Notes under the pieces: model-generated
What the model was told of the DNA's origin: nothing
Database searches by the model: none
Seen by the model: the letters and a program-made list of their open reading frames with translations, nothing else
Part shown: piece after piece, positions 1-10,700 of the stretch
How the letters are laid out: the number at the start of each line of letters is the position of its first letter
How positions within the stretch are numbered: position 1 is the first letter of the stretch
DNA from: a virus
Taxonomy: Duplodnaviria; Caudoviricetes
Direction: 5' to 3' (one strand)
IMG/VR virus record: IMGVR_UViG_3300024521_000001
Span: 44,391-108,390 of that record
Length of the DNA stretch: 64,000 nucleotides
Translations under genes and position numbers: made by a program

Positions 1-1275
1 TTCTCCAAGTTGGTACATGTCTTTGTCGGTTGGAGATTCATAGGCTTTCTCTATTTCTTTAGGAGTCCTTACTCCAAATTCTCCAGGTAGCTTGAAGTCG
101 AATTTAATGGCAAGTTTCTCTAACGCAGATTGGGCAATGGCTGGTGTTTGAATAACACCAGCGAAGATATTCCCAAGACCCATGGCGATTCCACCTATGG
201 ACTGTTCCACTCTCCCCAATTCCTCGGGGCCAAGGTCTATCTTGGCCATGTCTACTTCTCGTTTACCCCAATCTTTGAAGTCCTTCCATGTGGTCCTCGC
301 AAGTCCTGGAAGTTTACTCATAAGCACCATTGGGTGAGCGGCATCAATCCAATCTATGGCAAGGGGATCTTTCTCTGGTCGCTGCTCAGGAGTAGAAATT
401 TGACGATGGGTATTTAACTGCCCTTCCTTCAGAGCGGCTTGTAGTTCCGGAAAGGGTTTCCCCGCTTTTGCAAAGGCATCAATGGTTCGAGAGATATTCA
501 GATCGCCCTGCCACTTTTCATCCAGCATGGACTGGCGGCTTTTATTATCCATGCCGACATAGTCCTGGTAGTCATCTTCGGCATGGACCGCATCTTCCCA
601 CCTACCGCCTTGAAATTTACTTTCCAGCTGGTACATCCATGTTCCACCATCCTCTGTCTCAAAGGCGTACCGCGCTCCAGGTGTTCCTTCATCTATCACG
701 GGCGGTCTATTGAAGTTGAATCGACCGGGCCGACCTCCCATCACTAGAGGTGGACTGTAGCCTGACGGGAGCTTTGGTGTGACCAACTCCGCTAGATCGG
801 GTTCGGGTTTCACTCCTGAGACCGCTAGATCGGGTTCGACTCCTGGGACCGAAGGTTCCACCAGTTCTGGAACTGGTGGGATGGTTTCCCCAATTTTCTG
901 ATGAGCAGACAGCAACGCAGCAGGGGGAAGTTCCATCTCCTTTGGCTTTTCCTCTGGCGTAGGAGCTATCGTTGCAGCGGGCGCAGCCTGGATCCGTTGA
1001 GCAGCTCCAGTAGGAGCTAGACTCGGAGTCGGAGTCGGAATTGGAGCGGGTGCAGCTGGCATCCGGCCCCACTTGAGATTCCAGATCGCCGCTTTCGTGG
1101 CATCGGGTATGTCGAGAGGATCAAGAACTCCCTGTAGGTTTTTGCCAGTGTAGTTGGTCCTAAAGACATGATCGGATATCTGAGTTTTCGACCCTTCTTC
1201 GATCGCAAGGGGGCGCAGGATTCCCTGGAGTGCATCCCGACGTTTTTGCTTGGGTCCCGTCTGTTCTTCAGCCAT
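1..1275 (-). CDS. large internal virion/ejection protein (5' part; runs off the window)
   Basis: Not in the ORF track. ATG at 1275 overlaps the stop of the upstream gene; my translation (MAEEQTGPKQKRRDALQGILRP...) stays open to base 1; it follows the other ejection-like genes. Confidence 0.65.
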   Translation of the reverse strand, partial: MAEEQTGPKQKRRDALQGILRPLAIEEGSKTQISDHVFRTNYTGKNLQGVLDPLDIPDATKAAIWNLKWGRMPAAPAPIPTPTPSLAPTGAAQRIQAAPAATIAPTPEEKPKEMELPPAALLSAHQKIGETIPPVPELVEPSVPGVEPDLAVSGVKPEPDLAELVTPKLPSGYSPPLVMGGRPGRFNFNRPPVIDEGTPGARYAFETEDGGTWMYQLESKFQGGRWEDAVHAEDDYQDYVGMDNKSRQSMLDEKWQGDLNISRTIDAFAKAGKPFPELQAALKEGQLNTHRQISTPEQRPEKDPLAIDWIDAAHPMVLMSKLPGLARTTWKDFKDWGKREVDMAKIDLGPEELGRVEQSIGGIAMGLGNIFAGVIQTPAIAQSALEKLAIKFDFKLPGEFGVRTPKEIEKAYESPTDKDMYQLGE

Positions 1276-3026
1276 TATTCATAGGGGTTAGGTTCAACAT
1301 CTTGGAGGTAATCTCTGAGCTTCGTAGCCGCGGCCTCATCCATGAAGTCCAGGAATGGAACGACTTGCTCTGGTCTCACAGCGCCCGTAGAAACCGACAG
1401 CATGACAAGTGCGGGATCTATGACCGCAGTTTCAACGAAGCCCATTCCGGTTGGGCTTGGACCCATTTGTTTAACCATCCAACTCTCCCAATCTATATTC
1501 TTTGGTATGAGCACGGGCTTACCATCGACCTTAACCACACCAGCCTTACCCTCAACGTCCCCACGCTGCGGGAATCTACCCATAACTGTCTGGCCGGTAG
1601 CGGGGTCTTGCATAGGCCTGTGGACCCAGACTTGCGTTGCCTGTTGCCCGCCTGGTCTCTTTTCCCAGGCTGTGATAGACAAGTCCTGCTGAGAGGTTCG
1701 TTGGTTCACAGGAGTGCCCTTGGCCTCAAAGTATTTTTGTTCCGCTCGCTGTGATGGAGTGAGACTTCCTTCCTTGGCAGTTTGCAACCACACATCGTAG
1801 GCTTGTTTAGCCTGTCTCAGTGCGGGGGGCCAATCCTTGATAGGTCGCGTCAGATCGAATCCTGTCCGTTGCGACTTATCGAGTTCTGCTGCAAAGGTTC
1901 GCTGCAATCCATCTCCAGCGTCAGGACGGTGTTGCCTCATTTCAGGGAAAGCAGCCGAGAGAGCATCTTGAAATGCTTGCCTATCCATGAGTCCCATTTC
2001 CACAGAACGTCGGCCAGCATTGTAGTGCAAGCGAAAGTTAGGATCTTGAAGGGCTTCTGTAAAGGTCTCCTGGGCTGGAGTGCTCAGGACGTATTCCAGC
2101 ATATTGTCGACCGCTCCAAATGCCTCTTGAGCCAGACGTTCCTCCTTCTGTTCAGCCGGTTCTTTGAACCGCGCGGATTGCCATGGAGGAATCTCCTCCA
2201 GCAAACCAGGATAAAGGCTCTTGGTTGTCGGAAGTACGCTCGGCGGTGCTGCTGCTGCTGGAGCTGCTGCCTGCTGGTCACCAAACACGGCCTGTCCCGG
2301 GGAAGTGAAGTCTCCGCGTGTTGGAGCTCCCGCCGGTTGCGTTCCCCCTAAAATGCTTTCCGGAGGTCCCGCTGCTCCACCAGCTGGAGGAGGAGCAGCT
2401 GACAATCCCGCCAGTGTTGACGCGGCCGGGGAGACTCCCGCTTGCATGGCTTCCCCGGTAGCGGATCCGACAGGCGGTAGCTGCGCAAAGGTTTGACCGG
2501 CTGTGGGTTCTGCGGGGGCTGATCCAGTCGGAGTCTGTGTTGCTCTGGCAATTCCCCCTTCAGGACTTCCTCCACCCCCCCCCCCCTTTCCCCCGCCAGT
2601 CATAATCGAAGAGACCATTTCTTGAAATTGCTGCCCCTGCTCTCCCCCTGGTCCCCGCCGTGTGAATGGATTAAGGAAACTCAACATTTGCATGGCAGGG
2701 TTCTGTTTCTTACCGCCTTTGGGTTTTTCGTCGATCATCCCAAAGAGTTCGCTCGCACCGGAGTAGAAACGCTCTCCCTCTTGTTCGAGCCTCTGAGCTT
2801 CTGACTCATGCTGCTCCCTGGCCTGAAGGGTGAGACTTTCATCCAAAGAAAGGGTGCGGGCCGTATCGGACTGCTTCTTTCTGGCTTCGGCAAAGTCAAA
2901 CATCGTGGAAACAGTATCGAGCCGACGGTCTTTCTCGGCCGCATTCGATGTTTCTATTTGCCCTCGCTTTTGCGAAAAGCCTTGGATGAACTCGCCAATA
3001 TTGCCTAAAGCACTCATGGCCATCAT
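1275..3026 (-). CDS. putative internal virion/ejection protein
   Basis: 583 aa, Gly/Ala/Pro/Gln-rich, located after the pilot-like gene. Confidence 0.55.
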   Translation of the reverse strand: MMAMSALGNIGEFIQGFSQKRGQIETSNAAEKDRRLDTVSTMFDFAEARKKQSDTARTLSLDESLTLQAREQHESEAQRLEQEGERFYSGASELFGMIDEKPKGGKKQNPAMQMLSFLNPFTRRGPGGEQGQQFQEMVSSIMTGGGKGGGGGGSPEGGIARATQTPTGSAPAEPTAGQTFAQLPPVGSATGEAMQAGVSPAASTLAGLSAAPPPAGGAAGPPESILGGTQPAGAPTRGDFTSPGQAVFGDQQAAAPAAAAPPSVLPTTKSLYPGLLEEIPPWQSARFKEPAEQKEERLAQEAFGAVDNMLEYVLSTPAQETFTEALQDPNFRLHYNAGRRSVEMGLMDRQAFQDALSAAFPEMRQHRPDAGDGLQRTFAAELDKSQRTGFDLTRPIKDWPPALRQAKQAYDVWLQTAKEGSLTPSQRAEQKYFEAKGTPVNQRTSQQDLSITAWEKRPGGQQATQVWVHRPMQDPATGQTVMGRFPQRGDVEGKAGVVKVDGKPVLIPKNIDWESWMVKQMGPSPTGMGFVETAVIDPALVMLSVSTGAVRPEQVVPFLDFMDEAAATKLRDYLQDVEPNPYE

Positions 3027-3517
3027 TTACCTCCAAACATAGAACCAAGCCCACCGAACAAACCACCTCTCGATTGCGAAGCGGACAGGTTTCCCAATGC
3101 TTGACCACCCTGCATACCCGTACCCAAAGCCGATATCCCCGCCTGCGTTCCACCAACCCCTAGTGAGGCTAGACGTGCCAGGCTTTCCGAAAACATCTGA
3201 GGCCCGAGGCTACCAATCGTGCCAGCTTCAGCCTTGGCAAGATCCCCGCGGGATTGTTCAAGAGTACCGCCACGAGGCAAACTCCTTTCTATGGACGACC
3301 TGGCTTGACCGAACTGGTTTCGTATTCCCTGGATAGAAGGGGCCAGGGCTTGGGTCGTCGTCTCCGGATCCCCACTCACCAGAGCTCTGTATTTCGCAAT
3401 GGGTATAGTCCGTGCTGGCTCGGTCTGCTCCTCGAGTTTTTCCGACAGGGCCAAGGCCCTCTCAGTGGACTGAGTCAATGCTGACTGAGCTGCCTTTCCT
3501 GCGCTTTTACCGCCCAT
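3023..3517 (-). CDS. putative DNA pilot/ejection protein (P22 gp7-like position and composition)
   Basis: MGGKSAGKAAQ start and Gly-rich C-terminus (GGLFGGLGSMFGGK); follows the GNAT-like gene. Confidence 0.6.
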   Translation of the reverse strand: MGGKSAGKAAQSALTQSTERALALSEKLEEQTEPARTIPIAKYRALVSGDPETTTQALAPSIQGIRNQFGQARSSIERSLPRGGTLEQSRGDLAKAEAGTIGSLGPQMFSESLARLASLGVGGTQAGISALGTGMQGGQALGNLSASQSRGGLFGGLGSMFGGK

Positions 3518-4166
3518 TGGTTTCCCCCTTTGCTAAATACTTGGCCTCGGCAATATTAAATTCTTCCTTGGTTTGAACCGCCACGAGTCCATCTACGGTT
3601 TCTCCGTGGTAGGTGGTGAAACCCGGGATCTCGGCTGCATAGTGGAATCCCAGGTTTCTGACATAGCGTTGTGCCAGCTTGTTTGGCTTCGGAGTCAGGC
3701 CGAAAACCAGATCAAACCCTTGACCTGTCGGCATGTTCTGAGCATCGAACTCCTCACCTTTCAATAGGAGCTTCCAAGGAAACCTAAACCACTGAGAGAC
3801 ACAGATCATTCCGAATCTTTGGGTGATCTTCGGATTCCAGAACTTACGAAAGAAGACGAAGGAGCCACAGCCTTTGAGCATGGAGTCAGTATGGTTGATA
3901 TCATTCAGCCAGCCGATTCCGTGATACTGATTGGTTTTCACATCGGTCAAAATGCTCAGAACCGTGTGAGGGTACATGCCCATGAAGTCGATAAACTCCT
4001 CTTTCGGTAGCTCCCGCTCGTGCATGACCTCACGATAGAGACCATCGGCATGCAGATCGTTGTAGATCCTCTCCAGCATGTCTTCCGGAAAGAGGTTCTT
4101 GTTGAAGGCGTACGGATAGACCCCGTATCGCTCCTCCTCAGCTACTTCTTCTTCAACTGCTAGCAT
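3507..4166 (-). CDS. GNAT-fold acetyltransferase-like protein
   Basis: VFGLTPKPNKLAQRYVRNLGF resembles the GNAT C-terminal motif; usual position between tail and ejection genes in podoviruses. Confidence 0.6.
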   Translation of the reverse strand: MLAVEEEVAEEERYGVYPYAFNKNLFPEDMLERIYNDLHADGLYREVMHERELPKEEFIDFMGMYPHTVLSILTDVKTNQYHGIGWLNDINHTDSMLKGCGSFVFFRKFWNPKITQRFGMICVSQWFRFPWKLLLKGEEFDAQNMPTGQGFDLVFGLTPKPNKLAQRYVRNLGFHYAAEIPGFTTYHGETVDGLVAVQTKEEFNIAEAKYLAKGETNGR

Positions 4167-4323
4167 GTTGACCTTTCAGTACAAACGTCTGTACTCATAC
4201 CCCCCCTACCCCGAGGCTTGAAAATTTTTAATTTTTTTTTCTAAAGCGACCACAAGGGCCTCCAGGTTTTTGAACACCTTTTTAATAGGAGCTCAAGTCC
4301 ATTTCAGAATATCCATTTTGTCC

Positions 4324-4755
4324 CTATCTCCATTTTAGTCGGCCCTTCAAGTAAAATGCCCCCAAATCCCACACTCTCCTCGCCAGATCGCTGAGTGATA
4401 AGCAGTTGCAGGGATTCTTTTCATTGTCCGGAGGCCAAGCCTTGGCACGATCGTACAGCGTGAATGTATCGGTCTCGGGATCGTAGGCAAACGCCGTCCA
4501 CCCTGGCCCATCCAAGTCGAGGCCCTCTTGTGTCCTACCTGTCACCTCAACAATATTCGGGGGGATCTCAGGTCCGTAACCTGGAACCCTGCGGGACTCT
4601 AGTACGGACATAACAAAAAACCCAATAACAGTTCCGTCTATCTCGATAGGTATATCCGGAACATACTGCGCAAACATTCTGTAGGTGCGCGAATACACCC
4701 TTGCCCTAGGGTTTTCTATTTCAATTCCAGTCTCAAAAGGATCCGAAGTGCTCAT
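4324..4755 (-). CDS. hypothetical protein
   Basis: 143 aa; ATGA overlap with the upstream gene. Confidence 0.6.
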   Translation of the reverse strand: MSTSDPFETGIEIENPRARVYSRTYRMFAQYVPDIPIEIDGTVIGFFVMSVLESRRVPGYGPEIPPNIVEVTGRTQEGLDLDGPGWTAFAYDPETDTFTLYDRAKAWPPDNEKNPCNCLSLSDLARRVWDLGAFYLKGRLKWR

Positions 4756-5192
4756 AGATACTCCACGAGTTTGGTAAAAAAGCGGTGCTCACAGCCATCC
4801 GTGCCATCGGGTGCCCCCGGGTTCGGGGTAGGTGAGCCACTTCTTTCCACGACAGCAGTAGTCGGACCAGTCAGTTCCAAGCGCCATTGGCTTATTTTTC
4901 CATCATTAATGACCCCCAGATCTCCTACCAAGCCAATAGGTCCCGGAGCTGGTGGAACCGCGAGACTACTGCAGCTGCTCCCTATCGAACCGTCAAAGGG
5001 AAGAACCCCCTGACACCTGAAAAAGCCGGCATTATACGCAGAGTGTTGGTGGTAGGCTCTTGTGACATCCACGGCTGAGATGACAACACCAGGCAGTATA
5101 AGGGTTGTATACGCCGCAGCCGCCGTATTGCCTGGAACAAAGCTGAAAGATATTCGCTGTACGTCTATAGGTAATGTCGTTCCGCCTGCCAT
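4752..5192 (-). CDS. small beta-rich virion protein (paralogue family A)
   Basis: Likely start MAGGTT at 5192; VQR...AVDVTRAY...LVEYL pattern shared with the two upstream genes. Confidence 0.6.
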   Translation of the reverse strand: MAGGTTLPIDVQRISFSFVPGNTAAAAYTTLILPGVVISAVDVTRAYHQHSAYNAGFFRCQGVLPFDGSIGSSCSSLAVPPAPGPIGLVGDLGVINDGKISQWRLELTGPTTAVVERSGSPTPNPGAPDGTDGCEHRFFTKLVEYL

Positions 5193-5203
5193 CGTTGTCC
5201 TTT

Positions 5204-6106
5204 TTATCCAGGTGGTGGAAACCAAATCAGGGACGCATAAACACCTAAACATTGAGCACCACAAGCATTTTGAGCAAGGGTGCGAAAGTTACTTCCATGT
5301 GCATAGTTACTGTATTCAATGACCGTAGCGAAACCACTTGCAGAGTTCGGAGCAGGAATACCTGCGCTCGACCTTACAAGGTTAAGTTGGCCCTGCCACT
5401 GTTCCGGATGGAAGCGAGATGTTGGGGGGGTGCTGAAGGAAGCACCCACCTCTGTGAACTCAAGGCCCCGGAAAATGGGAACGGCGTTAGTAATCCCACT
5501 GGCGATTCCAAGATCTAGGTCCAATCCAGTTGCAGGATCTACAACCCTAGCGCCTGCGGCGGTGTTCCCAAAAATCCCGCTGGTGTTGGGCACTTTTTGA
5601 CTTGAGGTGAAATCATAAGGACCGGGATCAGATGGGCTTGGTGAAGCTGAGCAAACAGGAGGACTGGCGGCCGGGCCCACATCTGCGACTTTCACATCTA
5701 TACTAGAACCTCCTGTGCCTGTGTAAGAGACCACTGTAAAACTAACATCTAGGCTCACTCCGGCAGTGGTCCTGGTTGCTAGAACCTCATCACTGAAACC
5801 GGCAGCAATAGATGTAAAAGCCAGGTGAACGCGCCAGGTGGCGAGGTTCGTGGTGGAGCTGTTCACGAACAGTCCAGTAAAGAGAATCCAACTTCTGGTA
5901 ACGTCGACTGGAGTTGCGAGCACTAAGCTAGCGGTGAGCGAACCAGAGCCTACGACGATCTTACCTCGTTGGACCAAAACTCCAGCTCCGCTAGCAATAG
6001 CGACAAAGGGATCCGGAAAGGAACGAACCCCTGCTGCGGTTCCAGAGGTGTTGAGACCCTGTGAATTAATATCCGGAAAAGTTTGAGCTATGCGTTCTGT
6101 CGTCAT
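5204..6106 (-). CDS. beta-rich virion protein (paralogue family A)
   Basis: VQRG...PVDVTRSW...VIEY pattern. Confidence 0.6.
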   Translation of the reverse strand: MTTERIAQTFPDINSQGLNTSGTAAGVRSFPDPFVAIASGAGVLVQRGKIVVGSGSLTASLVLATPVDVTRSWILFTGLFVNSSTTNLATWRVHLAFTSIAAGFSDEVLATRTTAGVSLDVSFTVVSYTGTGGSSIDVKVADVGPAASPPVCSASPSPSDPGPYDFTSSQKVPNTSGIFGNTAAGARVVDPATGLDLDLGIASGITNAVPIFRGLEFTEVGASFSTPPTSRFHPEQWQGQLNLVRSSAGIPAPNSASGFATVIEYSNYAHGSNFRTLAQNACGAQCLGVYASLIWFPPPG

Positions 6107-6471
6107 AGAAACTCAATCACGGCAATCTTAAGGGTTGCGAAACCCCCGCCGGAAACCTTCACGCTGCTAGTGCTCGCAAACTCCCAACGATTAGTGTGAA
6201 CCAACCCATTTTCGTCACCGCCGGCGCTAGGGATTCCATGCGGTGAACCCTGAATCTGTAGGTAGGCTCTCGTCAGGTCAGCCACGGCGGTAATGGCAAC
6301 CGTCACACTCCCAGCCACCAAAACAGCGGTGATCTCCTGAACCGCAACATCAATGTCAAATCCACCACCAGCCAGAAGCCCAGGGACGCTAGGGAACTGT
6401 TCCAGGTCACTCCCCGCCTTCGGGATACCCGGAAGAGTCTCAGCTTCATCTGTCGGGTCGTGCTGTGTCAT
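6103..6471 (-). CDS. small beta-rich virion protein (paralogue family A)
   Basis: VQEI...AVADLTRAY...VIEFL pattern. Confidence 0.6.
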   Translation of the reverse strand: MTQHDPTDEAETLPGIPKAGSDLEQFPSVPGLLAGGGFDIDVAVQEITAVLVAGSVTVAITAVADLTRAYLQIQGSPHGIPSAGGDENGLVHTNRWEFASTSSVKVSGGGFATLKIAVIEFL

Positions 6472-6833
6472 GCGTTCTCCATCTCGGCACAGCTGACGGT
6501 TATGGAAATGTCACCAAAGCCGCCCGATTGCTTTGCTGCTTCGATGACCCATTCTGATCCTGGCCTGATATGCAATCGCCAGATCTCGGTATTACCCGCT
6601 CGCAACTGTCCAGCTCCTCCTGTGGCCGATCCCCGCCAGAAGTGCTTATTGGCCGTGGCCTCACCTTCTGGCCTGACCTTCAAATCGTATCCAGTGTCAA
6701 TTAAGGAGAAATTACAGACGATGATCGTGATCTGGAGCGCAGTTCTCCCGGCGGTGATCGCGGTGATCTCGGTGAGGACCGTCGTCAATTCCTCTTGCGC
6801 TGGTTCTGGATAAAAAACGTCGCCTACTGCCAT
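6468..6833 (-). CDS. small virion protein (paralogue family B)
   Basis: LQITIIVCNF...GYDLKVRP...NKHFWRGS, similar to the adjacent gene. Confidence 0.65.
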   Translation of the reverse strand: MAVGDVFYPEPAQEELTTVLTEITAITAGRTALQITIIVCNFSLIDTGYDLKVRPEGEATANKHFWRGSATGGAGQLRAGNTEIWRLHIRPGSEWVIEAAKQSGGFGDISITVSCAEMENA

Positions 6834-7249
6834 TAGGCACACACCTCCGGGTTTCCTGAATTAAAGAGTTGAGAAGTACCGATAGTGGTTGCTACCGAAT
6901 CAGCTGCATCGGCTTCGACTAGCACTTCCCATTCTTCCCTGGGCCTCAGCCCAAACTCCATGAACTCAGTTTGTCCCGCCTGGATCTCCCGAACAAAACC
7001 GGCGGTATTTGAGCCACGCAATAAGTGTTTATCAGCATTTCCAGCCCCGCCTGGTTTCAATCTCAGGTCGTAGCCCACAGGGACGTTAGCGAAATTACAG
7101 ACGATGATCGTAAGCTGAAGACCGCTCTCTCCACCGTCAATTACGCAAGCTACGGTCAGTGCGTCTGGAATGACGAGCTGGCAGATATTCGTGAACTCAA
7201 CAAAGACAGGACCTCCTTCTGCTGCCAGGCTCGGTGGACAAATTCCCAC
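6833..7249 (-). CDS. small virion protein (paralogue family B)
   Basis: LQLTIIVCNF...GYDLRLKP...DKHLLRGS. Confidence 0.65.
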   Translation of the reverse strand: MGICPPSLAAEGGPVFVEFTNICQLVIPDALTVACVIDGGESGLQLTIIVCNFANVPVGYDLRLKPGGAGNADKHLLRGSNTAGFVREIQAGQTEFMEFGLRPREEWEVLVEADAADSVATTIGTSQLFNSGNPEVCA

Positions 7250-7716
7250 TAGAAAACTCCTGATACCATCGTGTGAATCTCATGAGGGTTGGACCATCTC
7301 CAGGCCCCGCGAGCCTGATTGTTGGTCACCAGCATCCGACTGTTCACGGCCTCTTCCGGTTGTGCAGAGCTTCCGTCGTTGGAAATGTCCATCGTGCGCC
7401 GATCAAAGCCCCGGCCAACATTGAACCGCGCATTGGCTCGGACGTTTAAGGGAGTATTGGGTTGATCTTGCAGCTCCGGAGGCTTAGCCAGGAAGTTGGT
7501 TTCAAGGTAGAGCTTTGTCACTAGATCCTGGTCCTCAGTCGGGTCAGCAGAATTGATGACCTTGTTACCACCAAGGTTGATGCTGTCCTGGTGGACGGTA
7601 CTCCCTCGATTTCCTCCGAGAGCGTCCAGGCGGTCCTGCACATCTCGCAGGACAAAGTTGAGGTATTCCCAATCACCTTCATTGACCTGAAAGTGACCAG
7701 CGGTTTCGTTAGGCAT
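7249..7716 (-). CDS. tail-associated protein
   Basis: INLGGNKVINSADPTEDQDLVTKLY resembles the trimeric fibre neck motif. Confidence 0.6.
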   Translation of the reverse strand: MPNETAGHFQVNEGDWEYLNFVLRDVQDRLDALGGNRGSTVHQDSINLGGNKVINSADPTEDQDLVTKLYLETNFLAKPPELQDQPNTPLNVRANARFNVGRGFDRRTMDISNDGSSAQPEEAVNSRMLVTNNQARGAWRWSNPHEIHTMVSGVF

Positions 7717-7727
7717 TTGTACTCCTT

Positions 7728-10700
7728 TTAAGCAGCTACGCCTGCCTCACGTCCTGAGACAAGTCTTGCTCGTTCGTAACCCCGTTCTCCTGCAAGTGGA
7801 TGCCATTCCACATCTGATTGCTCGAACCAGACCTTGAACGCACTCGGGGAAGTAAAGATAAAGCGGAACAGCTGACCCTTCAGGCCAGCGGGTAAACGAA
7901 TAGGTCCTTCTCTTTCCCATCCTGTCGTGGGATTGGTGAGGAAGGTCAGGGTATGATCAGCGGTTGCCGATTCATCCACGAAGATCTCCAAAGTGATAAT
8001 GTCGGCTCCCTGTGAAGAGATCCACAAACGTCGAATGAACTTGAACCGGCTGTAACCAAAGTCCAGCTCGTAGGTGTCCCAACGGGTAACATCGAGGGGA
8101 TCCCGGAGAAATTCAAAGTTGTGGTCGTAATAGGAGAAGGGTCCACCCTCGAATGTCAGGCGAACCAGTTTCCCAATCGTATCTGCATCCAGGGAAATGA
8201 TTTCTATCTGTCGATCACTGGTGGTAACGACAGGGGATTGAGTCACGACCCCATCGACCTCCACATTCACAGTCACGGGATTGCCCTGGGTGTCGATATC
8301 CAGCATGAGCTGTCGGAACCGTTTATCTCCGGGCCAGCTCTCTGAGGACCATTCGGTTTGGTTTGATCCAGGCGAAGCTCCTGTTGCTGGCCTGGGCTCA
8401 ACCAAGGTCTCAAAGTCATGCTTGTAGTAGATGAACTCCGTCGCTGCAGCGGTAGCCAACTTGAGACGAATCAGCGTTCCCTTGGTGTCCTTCGGGAAGG
8501 AAAGGTAAACCTTCTGCTGGCTGGTCGTGTTGACCGTGAATGGCGGGGCCAGGTCAACCCCGTCGATCTCTGGTGTCACCGTCACGTCAGCACTGTTGGT
8601 GTCGATCTCCAGCATGAGCTTGGTAAAGAACTTCTCCGTAGGTGCACCGACCTCTTCCCAAGGAGTTTGCATCCTCGTGGTCGATTCCAGGGAGTTGTCG
8701 AGCCAGTCGAAGCTGTGAGCATAGACCTTCACCGGAACGGTTGCAGAGGTTGACTCCACCAAGATCCGGGCGATCTTGCAGTCCGTGTCAAAGGGCAGCG
8801 ACAGAATCAGCCTTTCCCGGCCAGTCGACGATACAGCTGGAAACGTCTTTGCGGGTGAGCTGACCTGGGTTGAGCTGCCATCCAGGAACACGCTTACGTC
8901 AGCGGTCACTCCTCGGGTGTCGATCTCCAGGATGAGCTCTCGCAAGAACTTCCGTTTGGGTGATCCGTAATCGTCCCAATCGGTAGCGGTCTTGAGCAGC
9001 GTTCGAGGCTCGACCCAGAAGTTATAGATCACCTTGTAGAACTTCATCCGGGATGCGCCGTTATCGCCTGTCAAAGCGATTGAGCAGTTCCGGGCGTCCG
9101 TACCTATCCCTCCGTTGACAGGGAAGTGGATCTGATCCCTGGTCGCTGTGTTGAGGGTTCCCAGAACTACGCTGGTATCTCCGTTGTCGAAATGGGCGGT
9201 CACGGTCACGTCAGAACCAGCGGTATCTGCGTCCACAATGATCTCGGTAAAAGTCTTCTCCTCCTGCTTGGCCCCGAAGTCATAGAACTTCATGCGGAGG
9301 TCAAAGACGATATCTGATCCATCGTCTGTGTTTCCGGTCTCTCTCTGGAACACGAATCCAGAACTATCACCAGACTGGAACTCGCCCAGGTCGTCGAGAA
9401 GCAGATAGGAAGTGGCAGGCCTATCTGAAGGCTCCCACCTTTGCGTGACGAAGTCGTAAACGATTTCCCGGCGTACCGCTGAGGTGTCGGTGTAGGCAAA
9501 GTAGAGCTTATTGTCGAAGAACCCGAGCCGTTCGCTCTCGGCCTCTGCGGGATCAATCGGGGCAAATCCCTCTACGGTGAATCCTTCAAAGAGCGTGTCT
9601 ATCTTCTCGGTGAGCTTCTCAGCCCTACCGCTGCCTGTGAACGCATAGATCCCATCGTAGGCTCGGAAGAAGATCACTCCCGCTCCCAGGATCAGGGCGA
9701 ATCTCGAGAACAGACCTCTCTGCGCTCCCGTCTGGAGGGGTTGAAACGTAGTTGGGCCGCTACCCACTATCCGGTAAATGGTCCGATCGGTGAAGCAGTA
9801 GAGCTGATCGTTGTAGGCAAAGGGCCTTCTGACTCGATCACCGCCCTGTGAGGCCACGATAAAGCCACTGGAAGTGATCTCCTCAACCTTGATGCGCCGG
9901 GAGAAGATTAGCCTATCCGGATTGGCACTGTCGTCCATCCAGGACCGATTTTGATGGATAGCGATAACGCCTGACGTAGAAGGAATGTCGATCTGATCCG
10001 TATTAATGGATTCGCCAAGAGACAGATCTCCCAACCCATCGAAGAAAGTGTCCGTTCCTACTCCATTCGCAATGGAGTCAACGAATAGATACTCCCCGGG
10101 CAGCGTACCGCCCCTACGGTAAATGTCTACAAAGTCCACCTGGGGATCGGTCGAGAAGGTAATCAGAACCTCTGCACGGTTCCGGGTAACTGTGGTCTCA
10201 GAGCCAGCCGTGGGGGAAAGCGGGCTGATCGTTCCCGTCACGCTGTAGCGGTAAACGTATCGCCAGTCATAGTCTCCCTTGAGCCGAAAAGACAAACCAC
10301 CGACCATCTTGCCATCGTCGATGTTGACGTTTACAGCTCCACATTCAGTAGCTTCGACGACGACCCTGAAGGACATAACATCGGCCCAGGTGGTCGAAGC
10401 ACTACCTACTCTCTGGAAGTCTCTTTTCTTGATGAAGACCTCGGTCCACTGGTTCTCACCACCAACGGCCGAGAGGAAATTGAAAGATTCGAGACTGCGA
10501 GATTCGAGAGTGGTGTCGTCTACCTGCTGAATGTCGTCATCTTCGGTCAGGAAGGACTCATCCAAAGCAAATTCCCGCAGTCCTCCATCCCGACCTTCCT
10601 TGGAGGTGGCATCAAAATCAAAGACGCGAGTGAAATCGTTGGGAGCAACAGATTTGGTGTAGTAGTTCTGTGTGTAATCGTTTGTGGTCGGATCCACATC

